This document shows, piece by piece, positions 50,950-63,790 of a stretch of 64,000 nt of DNA (its first letter is position 1; the number at the start of each line of letters is the position of its first letter). Under the pieces are notes generated by a model. It searched no databases, had not been told where the DNA came from, and saw only the letters and a list, made by a program, of their open reading frames with translations. This DNA comes from Octopus sinensis (taxonomy: Eukaryota), in contig NC_043005.1 in assembly GCF_006345805.1 (NCBI RefSeq), positions 28,582,001-28,646,000 of the forward strand, read 5' to 3'. The position numbers and the translations under genes are program-made.

Positions 50950-53640
50950 CCATGCTTGGATACTACCTGTGTAATCACCTTTTCAATGGCCATTCTTATG
51001 TGATTGGCTTTTGGTGAAGGAGAGAGTTTGACACTGCTGCCCTCTTTTGAGTTTCTTGCTGTGGTGTGGGTTCATCTGGAACCTTGGACAGCAGGAGGTC
51101 AAGTTGTTTCTTGAAAACATCTACCCCTACTCCAGGAAGATTTCTCAGATGTTTTGGTAAGGTATTAAATAGCTGTGGGCCCTTGAATTACATGGCATGA
51201 TAACTGGGACCTTTGGAACAGTGCAACATCTATTTTGGTGGGGCTGGTATAGCTCTTGATGCCAAAGTTTGGTGCCAAATCCTCTAGGATCTTCCATATG
51301 TATATCACTGCATATCTCTCCCATCTTCACTCCAGGGAGTAGAGTCATTGCTCTTTCAGTCTCTTCCAGTAGCTCAGCTGTTCCATTGATGCAATCTTCC
51401 TGAACTGCCTCAAGTTCTGCTATTAATTTGACACTGTACAGTGACCACAAGTGAGAGCAGCAGTCCAGATGGCTGAGTACTAGTGTCCTCTATAGAGCCA
51501 GCTTAGTTTGCTGGTCCCTTGTTCTGAAAATTCTGAAAGTTCTCAGAATCCATCTGGCCATTCGCCTGCTCTCTGTCACCATCTTGGTGATACGCATGTG
51601 AAACAATGTTGTTGCTTGTATCAATTACATACTGTACTTGACTCTAGGATAGCTGCTCTTTTTGGTCAAAAGGTTCATTGTTGCAGCATCTGAGCACAAG
51701 CTAACTGATAGCAAAGAGCTTGGAATTTTCCTTCATTAAATTGCATGTTGTTTTCTTCAGCCCATTTATGTATGGCATTTCTGTAGAAAATTAGCATCAG
51801 AAGGTTCCTTGACTGCTTGTACTACTTTTATGTTGTCAGCACAGCTAGTGAGTGTGGCTGTCTGTGTAACTGATGGCATGTCTGGAAAGCATAAACAGTA
51901 GTGGCCTCCAAGGCATTCCACTCACTATTGCTGTCTCCCTGGAGAGGGCCCCATTGGCTGCCACAGTCTGGCTTCTGTATTTTAAGAAGTCATGTAATCA
52001 CTCTCCCAGTTGTCTCACTATACCAAGTCTCCATTGCTTGTGACATATCATCCCATTATCGACCTTATCAAAGGCCTTTACAAAATCAGGGTATTTCATA
52101 TTCACATTTGAGCAGTTCATTAGTTGTTTCAGCTTCTTCCTGAGTGGAAACATACTGGGTGTTGAAGAGCATGTCATCATCTTCAAGGAACATGATCTGT
52201 TTCTGCCTGACAGTGCATTCCATGCCTTTGCTGACATGGGTGGGTAAAGAGCCAGGTCTATAATTTTTAGCATCTGCTCTGCTACCTCTTTTATGGATAT
52301 GACATGCTTTCCTTTAACTTTCTGCAAAGTCTCCGAGTTGCAAGAAAGCTTTGGAAGAGGATATGTAACAGTCTTGTTAGAACCCCTTTGCATTTCTTTA
52401 AGAGACTGCTGGGAATCCATCAGGGTCTGTGGCTGAGTTTAAACTCATTTTATCAGTGGCTGATATTACATCTGTTTTCTCTATTTTGATGTTTTCAACA
52501 ATTGTTATCTCTTTGTGTAGATATGGTTGTTTGCAAGTGTCCCAGTGGAGTGGTGAAAACACTCTTGTATTGCACATTCAGTATTTCACTTATCCTCTGA
52601 GGACCTGCAGTTGGTGAGCCATTTTCTTGAAACAGTGGTCCTATCTTGTACCATATTGAAGCAGATTCTTTTGCAAATTGATAGAAGGCTTTAGGGTCTG
52701 TCTTTACATTTTTTACTGCCCTGGCTTTTTTTCTGCTCTCTTCTTTTCATTGGAGTGATTGAGTTCACTTTCAATCTCAAACAATGTTTGTTTGAGATAG
52801 GATGCTGTCCTTTTAGATGGTTTGAGATTTTTGCTCATCATCTCATTAGAATCTTCCTTTCCCTGGGAATTATATTTTTGTTTTGGTTTGGCATTCCCTC
52901 TGGAGTGAACTTACTGCATATATCATGCATGATTGTCATAAAGTGCTGCAGCTTTATGTCAATACCTTGCATAGAGAGACTAGTTGACCAGTTTTGTTCA
53001 ATGGCCTCTTTCTGAATACTCTTCCAATCAGCTTTATGAAAGTTCAGACCGGAGAGGAGTTGGGCACTTCTAGTAGCCTGCATTTCTGCAGTTTCTGTAA
53101 ACCATGCATTTTTAGCTCTATTAAGTTATGGTCCAAGAAAATCATCAGTGTCACCTCAACATTATGGATGTGCACCATATTATTTGTAAAGCAGAGGTCC
53201 AGAACATTTTTACCCCCTATTGGGTGGAGCAGTATTTGCTCCATGTAGAGCATATTTGTGAGGTCAGGCAGAGATACTGCTTGCTTCTTGTCATGTAGTT
53301 ACATACCTGAGAGAAGGCAGCACTCAGGCCATTCAACATTAGGGAAGTTGAGGCCCTTTAGAAGAAGTTTGTGAAAGCTGTCATCTAGGTTAGTTAATAT
53401 TTCTTCCATCTTTTTGAGGGTCTATTTGAATGAGTCCTCATGATCTGGAACATCTGATGGGTGATGTGTAGTACAAACTACCAATTTTATTTGTTTAATG
53501 TCTACCACCATAGTGCCACAGATTGAGTTTGAATATGACAGCAGGACAATGTACATCTTCCTGGATGTACATAGCAACTCCACCATGAGTCCTCTCCTTC
53601 CTGTCAGTTCAAAATACAACATAGTTTGATACATCTATCT
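50950..53640 (-). mobile_element. CR1/L2-group LINE, decayed (endonuclease plus RT)
   Basis: LDLCFTNN..DHN (endonuclease), PDFVKAFDKV (RT), and 3' LLLSKVPDE-type motif; fragmented frames. Confidence 0.75.
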
Positions 53641-53897
53641 CAGCATCTGATGTCGTCATTCAGATGTGTTTCTGTTAGTGCTATATGTACATTGCTGGAT
53701 TACATGTCACTAAGTTCTCTTCGGTATTGAGTCTTGTGTTGATGGGACATTACAAGGCCCCTGGTATTCAGTAGTAATATTGGTGTGATATGTAGGGTGT
53801 CAATAGCGGTCACTGGTCTAACATATGTAGAGCTGTCAGTGATGGCCACCCTGGATCTTTTGTTATTTTCAGTGGTCTTGAGTACTGATATGTATTT

Positions 53898-56625
53898 CAT
53901 CATCATCATCATCGTTTAACATCCATTTTCCATGCTAGCATGGGTTGGACAGTTTGACCGGGGTCTGGGAAACCAGGAGGCTGTGCCAGGCTCCAGTCTG
54001 ATCTGGCAGTGTTTCTACAGCTGGATGCCCTTCCTAACGCCAACTACTCTGTGAGTGTAGTGGGTGCTTTTTACATGCCACCGGCACCAAGGTCAGAGTA
54101 AGCTGGCAAACGGCCACGATCAGTTGGTGCTTCTTATGTGTCACCGACACAAATGCCAGTCAGGTGGCGCTGACATCAGCTATGTTTGGATGGTGCTTTT
54201 TACATGCTACCGGCACAGGTATCACAACTACAATATCCATTTATTTTTATTTTGATGTACTTGACTCAATATGTCTCCTCAAGCACAGCAGGTCACCCTA
54301 CAATCCAAGGTTAGCACAGCAGGCCATCCTGCAAGCCATGAACTCACTTCATTTGTCGAGTCTTCGCAGTCACAGCATATCTCCAGAGGTCTCGGTCTTT
54401 TATCATAGCCTCTGTGAGGCCCAACGTTCAAAGGTCATGTTTGACCACCTCATCCCATGTCTTCCTGGGTCTACCTCTATCCTGGATTCCTTCAACAGTT
54501 TGGGGGTGGCACTTCTTCACACATCTTTCCTCATCCATCCATAGTACATGACCATACCAATGCAAACGTCTCTCCTGCACGCCACATCCGATGCTTCTTA
54601 TGTCCAACATTTCTCTCAGGGTGCTTACACTCTGTCATACATGGACACTGACATTACACATCCAGCGGATCATGCTAGCTTCATTTCTTTTGAGCCTACA
54701 CATATCCTCTGCAGTCATGGCCCATGTTTCACTGCCATGAAGCACAGCAGTTTGCACACATGCATCATACAAGCTACCTTTCACTCTGAGCGAGAGACCC
54801 TTTGTCGCCAGTAGGGGAAGAAGCTTTCTAAACTTTGCCCAGGCTATCTTATTCTCTGAGCATCCACCCCCACTACTAACTTGGTCACCTAGGTAGCAGA
54901 AACTATCAACTACTTCTAGTTTCTCCTCCTGGAGTGTAATGGAATCTGTTTTCTGAGTATCTGTGGTGTCTATTGCCACAGTCGCACATGAAAGCTATCT
55001 TCTCAGTTAATTTTCTTTTGATGTTGCTGCACCTCTTATGTGTCCATAGTTTACACTGGGTACATCTTATGGATTTCTACCTACACCTTTTCTACAGATC
55101 AAGCAGAGCCAACTACCTAAGGGTGTGTGTGGTGAGTTTGCCTTCCTACTTACTAGAACTTTGGTCTTTGCTACATTGACTCTAAGGCCTTTTGATTCTA
55201 AACCTAGCTTCCACACACGAAATTTCTTTTCTAGTTCTGGTAGTGATTCTGCTATGAGGGCCAGGTCATCAGCATAGAGGAGCTCCCAGGAGCAACCCAT
55301 CTTGAATTCCTCTGTTATTGCCTGGAGGACTATGATGAATAAAAGAGGACTGAGGGTTGAACCTTGGTGGACGCCTACTTCTACCTGGAATTCTTCGCTA
55401 TACTCATTGCCAATCCTAACCTTGCTAACGGCCTCTCTGTAAAGAGCCTGTACAGCCCTTATTAAGCATTCATCAATCTCTAGTTTCAGCATCGCCCACC
55501 AAATAAGGGATCGGGAGATCCTGTCAAAGGCTTTCTTCAAGTCCACAAAAGCTAAGTATAGGGGTTTATCTTTAGCTAGGTATTTTTCCTGCAGTTGTCG
55601 AACCAGGAATATGGCATCAGTGGTGCTTCTACCCAGCACAAAACCGAACTGCATCTCATCTAAGCAGACTCTCTCCCTGATGAGATGGGCTATGACCCTC
55701 TCTGTGACCTTCATCACCTAATCCAGTAGTTTGATACCCCTGTAGTTATTTCTATCTAGAGCATCACCTTTACCCTTGTAGCAGTTGACTATGGTGCTGC
55801 TATGCCAGTTGTTGGGTATGATTCCATCATGAACTACCTGGTTTACAATGTGGGTGACTAGGCCATAGCCCACACCACCAGATGTTTTAAGCATCTCAGC
55901 AGTGATTCCTGATCGGATAGCTGGTCCTTCTACTGGGTCAACACTTGGCAGGCTCTCCTCCTCCCATTCATTCTCCACATTCAGCAGTCTTTTATAATGG
56001 CTTCTCCCAGCCTCTTTCTTTTCGGAATCATTAAAAGCAAGTGCACTATCATCCATTTGGACACATTTCTCTCCTATGACATCACAATTTTCTCTCACAC
56101 GCTGTCTTGCAATCCGAAATACCTCAGTTCTTTGGTCCTCACATCACTGGACATTGGCAAACTTCTTTTCCGCTTCACTCTTGGATATGTATACCTGTTG
56201 CTCAGCCTCCCTTTTTGGCTACCTGGTACAGTTCCCTGCTACCCCCACCCTTCCAGGCTTGTTTCTTTGCTCTAATGACTTTGTCTACCGTACTATTCCA
56301 CCACCACGTAACTCTAGGTCTGGAAGGAACTTTGCACCAACCACAGACTTCGTCTGTGGCACTCAGCAAGCTGTCCTGTAGGAATTTCCAGCTACCTTCT
56401 ATGTCTAATGTCTCCCTCTCCTCAAATTTCTTGATGAGGATGTCCCTAAATCTCTGACCATGTGAAGTGTTCTTTAGCTTCCAATTCCTTTTTTGGATTA
56501 GTCTGCTTTTTGGTTTCCTTCTGGCCTCGAGCCTAAAGCCTATGCTGGGGGGGGGGGGACATTCTTCACCCGGGAGGGTCTTTGTATTTAAGAGCAACCC
56601 TGCGTCCTGCTGTCTGGTGAGGATT
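53898..56625 (-). mobile_element. RTE-clade LINE, 5'-truncated, about 2.7 kb, with RT domain and (GAT)n tail
   Basis: ORF 55067..55717 with FVDLKKAFDR, GVHQGSTLSPLLF and LYADDL; adjacent ORFs 54635..54979, 55718..56098 and 56202..56597; stops and frameshifts; (CAT)n at 53898. Confidence 0.95.
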
Positions 56626-56659
56626 ATATATATATATATATAACATTTTATAATTATGA

Positions 56660-57330
56660 GTATAATTAGGGTTCAGCAAAAAGAATTTGCTTTGCCACAT
56701 ACCGAACTTTTAGAAATAGCAGCCAAAGAACTTAGCTATTTCTTCTACTATAAGAAGAATCTCCTAGACAACATATACTCAAAAACAATCCACGTAGGCA
56801 TAAAGGAAAAACAACGAAAATTCTCTTGGCATTTGATTATTTCCGGGCATGTTTCTGAGTTAGATAGATATGGAGATGCAAGAATTACATCTTCCTTCTA
56901 CCATTCTCTTCATCAGCACAAGATTTCACGATTTTAAATTAGAGAGCACTGAAAAAATTGAACATACCTATCTGATTCAAGTAACATCAGACAAACTTTA
57001 TCCAACATCCAGTACCAACGAATTCAAAACATACGAATGAGGCTTCATATTCTCCCTATACTAGCCACCAAACTGGACAGCACTGCATAATGCCAAATAT
57101 CCCATCTTCTCTATCTTGAACAAGGACCCAGACCCAGTACTGCAACAGGTTGGGTTTCAGGGGACTACAGTTGTTCAACATCCTGCCAAAAAACCTTAGA
57201 GATTTATGAGGTGGAGATGTAGGGGTATTCCAAAAACACCTGGACAAATTTCTTTTTGGAATCCCAGATGAACTGTCATCACAGCAGGAGGCACAAGGAA
57301 GAGTGGCTCTGCCCAACTCACTTCTTTACC
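56660..57330 (+). mobile_element. CR1-group LINE 3' fragment
   Basis: Frameshifted GLQLFNILPKNLRDL..GVFQKHLDKFLFGIPDE, the same C-terminal motif class as 50990-51250. Confidence 0.65.
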
Positions 57331-58474
57331 AAAGACGCAAACACAATGAAAAGCAATGCTCTAGCATGGTCCCAGCCTTTGGCTGAAACCAATAAAAGAT
57401 AGATATCTAGTTTTGTATCTGTTAAATTTGAATTATTCTCCAAATGGCTGCTTCAAAATATTTTGGGATCATTTATTTCAATTATGTTGCCTTGAATAAG
57501 CACAACAGATGAAACAACATAGAATAATAAGGACAGTCTGGTCTTGCATAGAACAAGGCCACACCACTGTGTTGGTGGTATGATAAAATGTACTCTGTAA
57601 AATAATTTGCAAATGAAAGGAGACAATGGAGGGTCAAATGTGTGTATGAGGTGGAGGAAGTTCTTTTGTCTTGCCACTATTTCTCAAGTGCTGGTGCCCT
57701 AATAAAATGCACCCAGTGCCCTGTATAACAGTTTTAGCATTTGAACATCCAGCTGGCTGTAGTAAACATGCCAAAATGAAATGCCTGAGATATGTAGTTG
57801 TCAATCCATCGAAGCAGGCAGTAGCTAAAAAAGAAAACTGACTCAGGCTATGATGACATGTATTACTCATATCAGTAGGAAAAGCAGGCACAAAGTGATG
57901 GCAACGATGGTTCTAAATGCTCAAAATATGTAGCAAATATAAATTTTCTGGTTTAAAACATCTAATTTCTTGCAGCTCATATGAGACATCATGAAGGCAA
58001 ATGGCCAAGTGGTTAGGATGTTGCACTCTTGAATGCAAGACTGGACATTTCACATTGCTTCAGGTCACTCAGCTGTAAATTAGTGACCCTATTTGGGATT
58101 AAATGTTGTGATCTTAGTCACTTATATGCCATGGAAACCATGTAACAAATTTCTACGATTACTTACACAAAGACTCTCTTGCATTTTCCCAAACTGGCAT
58201 CAGGTGGGTGTGTTGAACAGATTATTGGTACTTTTTACAAAAGGTAAAAAAGCAAGGGAAGTCTTGATCAATATATTATACAGCCAACCTCTTCAACCCA
58301 TGCCAGCATGGATAAGGGGATATTTAAATCAAATCTCTTTAATATTTACAAAACTGTGTCAAAGCAATTTCTCCTCCACTTTAAAGAAAGAATGTTTTGT
58401 GACCAATTTTTAATGCATTACATACTTTGTACGTTATCTTTTCAATTGAGAACTGTCTTAATAGCTGGCATATA

Positions 58475-59080
58475 CATCATCATCATCATCGTTTAATGTC
58501 CGCTTTCCATGCTAGCATGGGTTGGACGATTTTGACTGAGGGCTGGCGAACCAGATGATTGCACCAGGCTCCAATCTTGATTTGACAGAGTTTCTACAGC
58601 TGGATGCCCTTCCTAGCGCCAACCACTCCGAGAGTGTAGTGGGTGCTTTTTACGTGCCACCGGCATGGAGGCCAGTCAGGCAGTACTGGCAAAGACCTCG
58701 CTCGAATCCTTTTACACATGAAACCAGCACTGGTGCCAGTAAGGCGACTTTGATAATGATCACGCTCAAATGGTGCCCTTTTACGTGCCACTGGCACGGA
58801 AGCCAGTTGGCTGCTCTGGCAATGATTATGCTCGGATGGTGCTCTTGGCACCATACTAGCATGGGCACAAGTGCCAGTAAGGCGACGCTAGTAACAATCA
58901 TGCTTGAAAGGTGCCCTTTAAGTGCCACTGGCATGGAAGCCGGTTAGCCGCTCTGTCAATGATCACACTCGTATGGTGCTCTTTGCACCCTGCCAGCACG
59001 GATGCCAGTCATCAAATTTGATTTTGATTTTGCTTTTGATTGATTTGATTGATTTGATTTCACTCGCCCACTTGCCTCAA
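58475..59080 (-). mobile_element. RTE LINE 3' UTR with an internal tandem array of about 65 bp units
   Basis: (CAT)n tail; five alternating units at 58690-59010; ends in the (GATTT)n linker. Confidence 0.85.
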
Positions 59081-59189
59081 CAATACATTGTTGTTTAATC
59101 TTAGCTCAGCACCAAATTAGTCAGGTCTATGTTCCAAAGCATTCCAGTCATGACCATCCTGTCTTGAGCATTGCATAAAACATTGGGTG

Positions 59190-59288
59190 TTTTCGCTTTA
59201 TAAACACTCACAACACCCAGTCTGGGAATCAAAACCATGATCCTATGGCTGTGAGTCCACTGCCCTAACCACTGGGCCATTGTGCCTC
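59190..59288 (-). mobile_element. tRNA-derived SINE head (further family)
   Basis: Reverse complement reads AGGCACAATGGCCCAGTGGTTAGGGCAGTGGACTC...GGTTTTGATTCCC. Confidence 0.6.
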
Positions 59289-60174
59289 TATATATCTAGA
59301 CATACAGATGTGTAATAAAGATACAGGAAAAAATAAAGTTGTTCCTTTATCTCCACTAGTCTTGGTTGTTTTCTGGTTCATGTTTGGGTTGTAAATCTAT
59401 AAATAATGGACAAAGAAGCTGCTAAAATGTTGTATTGTATGGGATAGTTCCAGTCAAAGAGGAGCTGGCCGACATTCTCGACTCAAATAGAACTCTAATT
59501 ATGTAACTTTATTATGGACACCATTAAGACAATAAATAATTAACTTTACTTACCTTAGTGAAACCAAAACCAGAATTGGTACCAACTTTGAGGAGACAGC
59601 TTGGACCAAGAAATTGAGAAATGGTTTGGTGGGTACAGTATAAGAGGAATTCTTTTGCTGAATTAAAAGATAGCAGAAAATAGTTAAACTTTTAAGCTGT
59701 AAAAAGACCATTCAAGAATGTTTATATATGGAAAAAAGAAGACTCAAAGCATTACACAATTCTTGGAAGATTCATAAGGACCAGAGCTGGAGCAGTGAGT
59801 GTAGAAGTGCTAAATGTGTTTCTTGGATGAGGAACCAGTTTATTGCAGGTAATATTCCAGAAAGTCTGATAACAACTGTTTCAACAGAGCCAGATGACTG
59901 GAAGTACATGCAATGAAGTGTCCTGGTCAAAAATAACATAAAACTTACAGAAAATTTGTAGTGAAATATATCAGCCACTCAATTATAGGAACTACACTTA
60001 AAATACAGTAGAGTATCTATAGAGAATGTTTCCTTGTTGCCATTGTATTCACAATTTTATAAAGAATGAGTGAAGACTCTTTTTCCTGAAATATTAAAAT
60101 TTCTATTGTATTTTCCACTTACATTAAATTGTATCTTTATTTAATTTTCAACTACTTCTCTTTTTAATTTCCAG

Positions 60175-60306
60175 TTAACTATTGTCCATTTCCACCATTG
60201 GAGGGAGGGGAATTTACCAGCTAACTCCAAGTGTGTATCCTGTAAAAAGACTTGCTGGTCCTCAGAGTGCCTGGCAGGCATGCGGTGTGAGTGGTGTGGT
60301 GTCACT
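60175..60306 (+). CDS. DGKQ: Diacylglycerol kinase theta, internal exon (most of C1 domain 3)
   Basis: tttaatttccag|TTA...GTCACT|gtaagt; 132 nt, phase 0 to 0; LTIVHFHHWREGNLPANSKCVSCKKTCWSSECLAGMRCEWCGVT carries the DGK hallmark HHWREGNLP...RCEWCG; three tandem C1 domains point to the theta (type V) class. Confidence 0.95.
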
Positions 60307-60347
60307 GTAAGTATCTCTTTTTTTTTTTTTTACTACAAACATTGGAT

Positions 60348-60487
60348 TAGTTCATTCATGATACTGAGTACATAGTACAGCAGTTAGCTGAAGCAGCAGC
60401 TGTTGGCTGTCTGGGAATAGTTCATTCATAATATTGAGTATATAGTAGAGCAGTTAGTTGAAGCAGCAGCAGTTGGCTGCCTGGGAA
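60348..60487. repeat. 70-bp tandem duplication (two diverged units)
   Basis: TAGTTCATTCAT(G/A)ATA(C/T)TGAGTA...GGCTG(T/C)CTGGGAA occurs twice, 41 nt downstream of the exon donor. Confidence 0.88.
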
Positions 60488-61384
60488 ATCTCACTGATGT
60501 GTTAACCACAGCAGTGAAAAGCAAGGTTAGCAACTGTAAACTATTTGTTTAGTTATTTCATTGTTTGTTGACTAACTCGGCAAAATGGTTTCAGCTGGAT
60601 ATTATTAACCAACAACTCTTACTTGACTTTTTTAAACCAGCTAAAATATTTATACTAAAATATTATTTTGCAAATAACAATAATCCTTTCTACTAGAGGC
60701 ACAAGGCCTGAAACCCTGAGAGAAGGGCAATAGTTGATTATATCGACCCCAGTGTTTCACTGGTCCTTAATTTATTGACCTTGAAAGGATGAAAGGTAGT
60801 GTCTTTGGTAGGATAATAATAGTAATAATATTGATGGTAATAGTAATAGCAACAACAACTACTACAATAACTAAAACAATTATTTTAAAAAATGTCAGGA
60901 CCATGGTAACCTCGCTAGTTCTGGTGCTACAATATAAAGCACCCAGTACACTCTGTGCAGTGGTTAATGATAGGAAGGCCTTCAAGCTGTGGAAACTGTG
61001 TGAAAATGTAATGTACAACAAAATCTGGTGCTCCACTGACAGGTTAGTGTGCAGTAACTCTGAATAAGAACTGTCAATGTGTCCAACCCATACCAGCATG
61101 GAGAGCAGATGTAAAATTAAAGATGATGATGGTGTTGACGTATATACATTTTGTGGGAGACTATTTTTGATTTGAATCAGTGTGACTAGTACTGTATTAA
61201 CCTTTGAAGAAAGAAAAGCATATTTGACCCTATTGGGATTTGAACATTGTACATGCAGGATGACATGTGACATAACATTTTGCTCTAGCAAAATGTTTTA
61301 CAGGGGCAGGATTGCTTAGTATGAGTGGAATGTTCTTTTCATTTCTGTATTCCCTTTTTAGGTTAAGAATTCTATGATTCTATG

Positions 61385-62470
61385 TTCTTTAACATGTTAT
61401 TTCAGTCTCCCAAGTGCTGAAAATGATTGCCTTTCATGCCTAGGCACTCTTGAAGTCGACTCTCAACACTTAAGCGTGTCTTTGTACACAGTTCTTTGTT
61501 TGCATTAATTTCTTGGCAAGCCTCTTCAATGAATTCAATCATGGCATCAACAATGCATAGCTTTTTAAAAACACTTTGTCTGTGACAACATCCCAAGAGA
61601 AAAAGTGTGTGGGGATGAGGCCTGGTGATCTTGGTGGCCAATCAATTGGGCCTCATTGGCCAATCCATTTGTTTCTCATCTCTTTGCTCAGGTACTCGTG
61701 AACCACTAGAGCATAGTGTGAAGGGCCCCATCTTATCGGAAATAAGTCATCATTGTCTTGTTGCTGCTTCAATTCAGGAATGACTGTTTCCTTTAGCGTC
61801 TTAAGATAAAGGTCTTGGTTAATGATTTTGCCAAAGAACACAGGTCCTATGACCCTCTTGCATGGAATTTGAATTCAGAACGTAAAGGCAGACAAAATAC
61901 CGCTAAGCATTTCACTCGGTATGCTAACATTTCTGACAGCTTAAAATTGGCTTCATTTGAACCATATAATTCTTTGAAGAATCCCAACACCTTCCCTATC
62001 TTCACTCAAGACTATCTTGCAGTACTGCTGACAGCAATCAGGATCATCATCCTTTAATAAACCAGGCAGTAATCTAGGCCAATACATTTTAAAATTTAAG
62101 TGATTCATAAGTCAACTAGGGGACCTGCAGGAGATGCCTAGTTCATTGGAATCGCTCTTTTTTTGGTTCATGGGGGTCTTTCAGTGAACACTTGAGCCAC
62201 AAGCGTTTCGTTTTCTTCAGTTGTAACACTGACTGGTCAACCACTTTTCTGTGCATTGCAGATGGACCCAATCTTCTCAAATTTGTTGCATATTCTGTAA
62301 ACTGCTAATCTTGATGGAGCTGGTCTTTGAAATTCTTCAGTCCATTTGTATCTAACCATTCCTGCTTGATGATCCACTTTTTTTTCATTGTTGGTCAAAT
62401 TTCTAGCCATTTAATAAATTTCTGAAATTAGAAATAATTATTTTATTATAGAAAGAATTAGTTCAAATGA
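61385..62470 (-). mobile_element. Tc1/mariner-superfamily transposon relic with an inserted SINE head (about 61858-61940)
   Basis: Frameshifted LYLKTLKETVIPEL..QQD, KWIGQ.GPIDWPPRSP...FF.W and KGNHFQHL; HTH-like N-terminus near 62230-62400. Confidence 0.8.
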
Positions 62471-62689
62471 ACACAGAATCATAGAATTCTTATCCTAAAA
62501 AAGAAATAGAGAAATGAACAGTTCACTCATAATAAACGATTGAATACCTACTTTCTATATCCTGTTTATATCTCTGTATGTATCCCATTTCTCTACTCTA
62601 CTTTTGTACTACCACTACTACTGCTGCTAATAAGAAGGGGGAGGAGGAGAAGAAGAAACACATGCACACAAATCACTAAAGAGAAAATT

Positions 62690-63330
62690 GGTCATGGAAA
62701 GATTGACTTGAAATAAGAAACTGAGAGTCTAATACTTGCTGCCCAGGACCAAACTCTTTGACAAAATATATATACCTAGACAGAGTTGGACATAAGTAGG
62801 TTATATAGGGAGGAATTTAAAATTGTGACCCATATTATAAGTTGCTGTAAAATTCTCACACAGAGAGGCTATAAAAAAGCATCATGATAAAATATCTACA
62901 TCTACATTGGTGCCTGGTAAAATGAGGCAGACCCAGAAATGTACCTTCATGTACCTAACAGAGGGTAAGAAAATGGACATGCAAAAGTCTTGTGAGGTTT
63001 TAAAATACAAAGCAATGGAGTGATAGAGCACCATTGACCTGACATTGTTCTAGTTGGGAAAGAGATATGGAAGTGTTACATTATGGACGTAGTCATCCCA
63101 GATGAACATAGTGTAGCAAACAAGGAGCACAAAAAAATTGATGAATTCCAATTGGAATTGTCAAGAAATGTAGAACACACAAACTAAATGGGTACCACAA
63201 TTGCAAATGGAGTTCTTGGCAGCTCCATTCCTGACAAGTTTGCAAACACTACTTTGAACTGCAAACTTCCTGTGAAAGGTACTCTCTGCCTGGGGTCATA
63301 TGACTTGATGAAGAGAGCTGAATATATATA
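62690..63330 (+). mobile_element. RLE-type (R4/NeSL-like) non-LTR retrotransposon 3' relic
   Basis: ETESLILAAQDQTL (about 62718), HIISCCKIL...HHD (CCHC region), and PDIVLVGKEIWKCYIMDVVIPD (restriction-like endonuclease PD..D motif). Confidence 0.72.
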
Positions 63331-63559
63331 TATATACCTGTCCAACACCTGAAGCTATGCTTAGGTAGAAAGAGATCTTAATGATAGTTGATTGCATTCA
63401 CACAAGGCTATAAGCATGTGAGAGTCTAATTCATTGAATGTCTACAGCACATCACTAATAATTATATTTTATAAAATGCTTGTGCACAAAGTGCAATGTT
63501 CCATTGGAGTGAAACTGTGACATTATATGCAGAGGACATAGCCTGGAAAGAAATCATTT

Positions 63560-63790
63560 GATAGCCTGCTGTGCAGAATATTTGATGCATTTTAAGGGTG
63601 ACAGTTGTGCAATTAAGTACCAGATGGACCAAACAGAAGTAGACTGAGAAAGAACATTGGAAGAAGTAATGAAAGCTGATCTCAAGAGACTAAACCTCAT
63701 CATTATGAGGAGGAGGACCCAAAAGTGGTGGCACGCTGTGCAAGAGCAGACCCATGCAGCCCATGTAAACATGGTAAAAACATGTAAAAT
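63560..63790 (+). mobile_element. Highly decayed RTE LINE ORF-end fragment
   Basis: Frameshifted GRxRxTLEEVMKADLKRL-like segment comparable to RPRKTWDEVVKHDL. Confidence 0.45.

Noticed and set aside
58690-59010. Repeat array superficially like CRISPR
   Set aside because: Units are degenerate along their whole length with no unique spacers, lie within a LINE 3' UTR, and the context is eukaryotic with no cas genes
59728-59916. Short ORF containing WSSEC and KCVS, words also found in the nearby DGK exon
   Set aside because: The order is swapped, the codons differ and there is no C1 spacing; judged a coincidence rather than a duplicated exon
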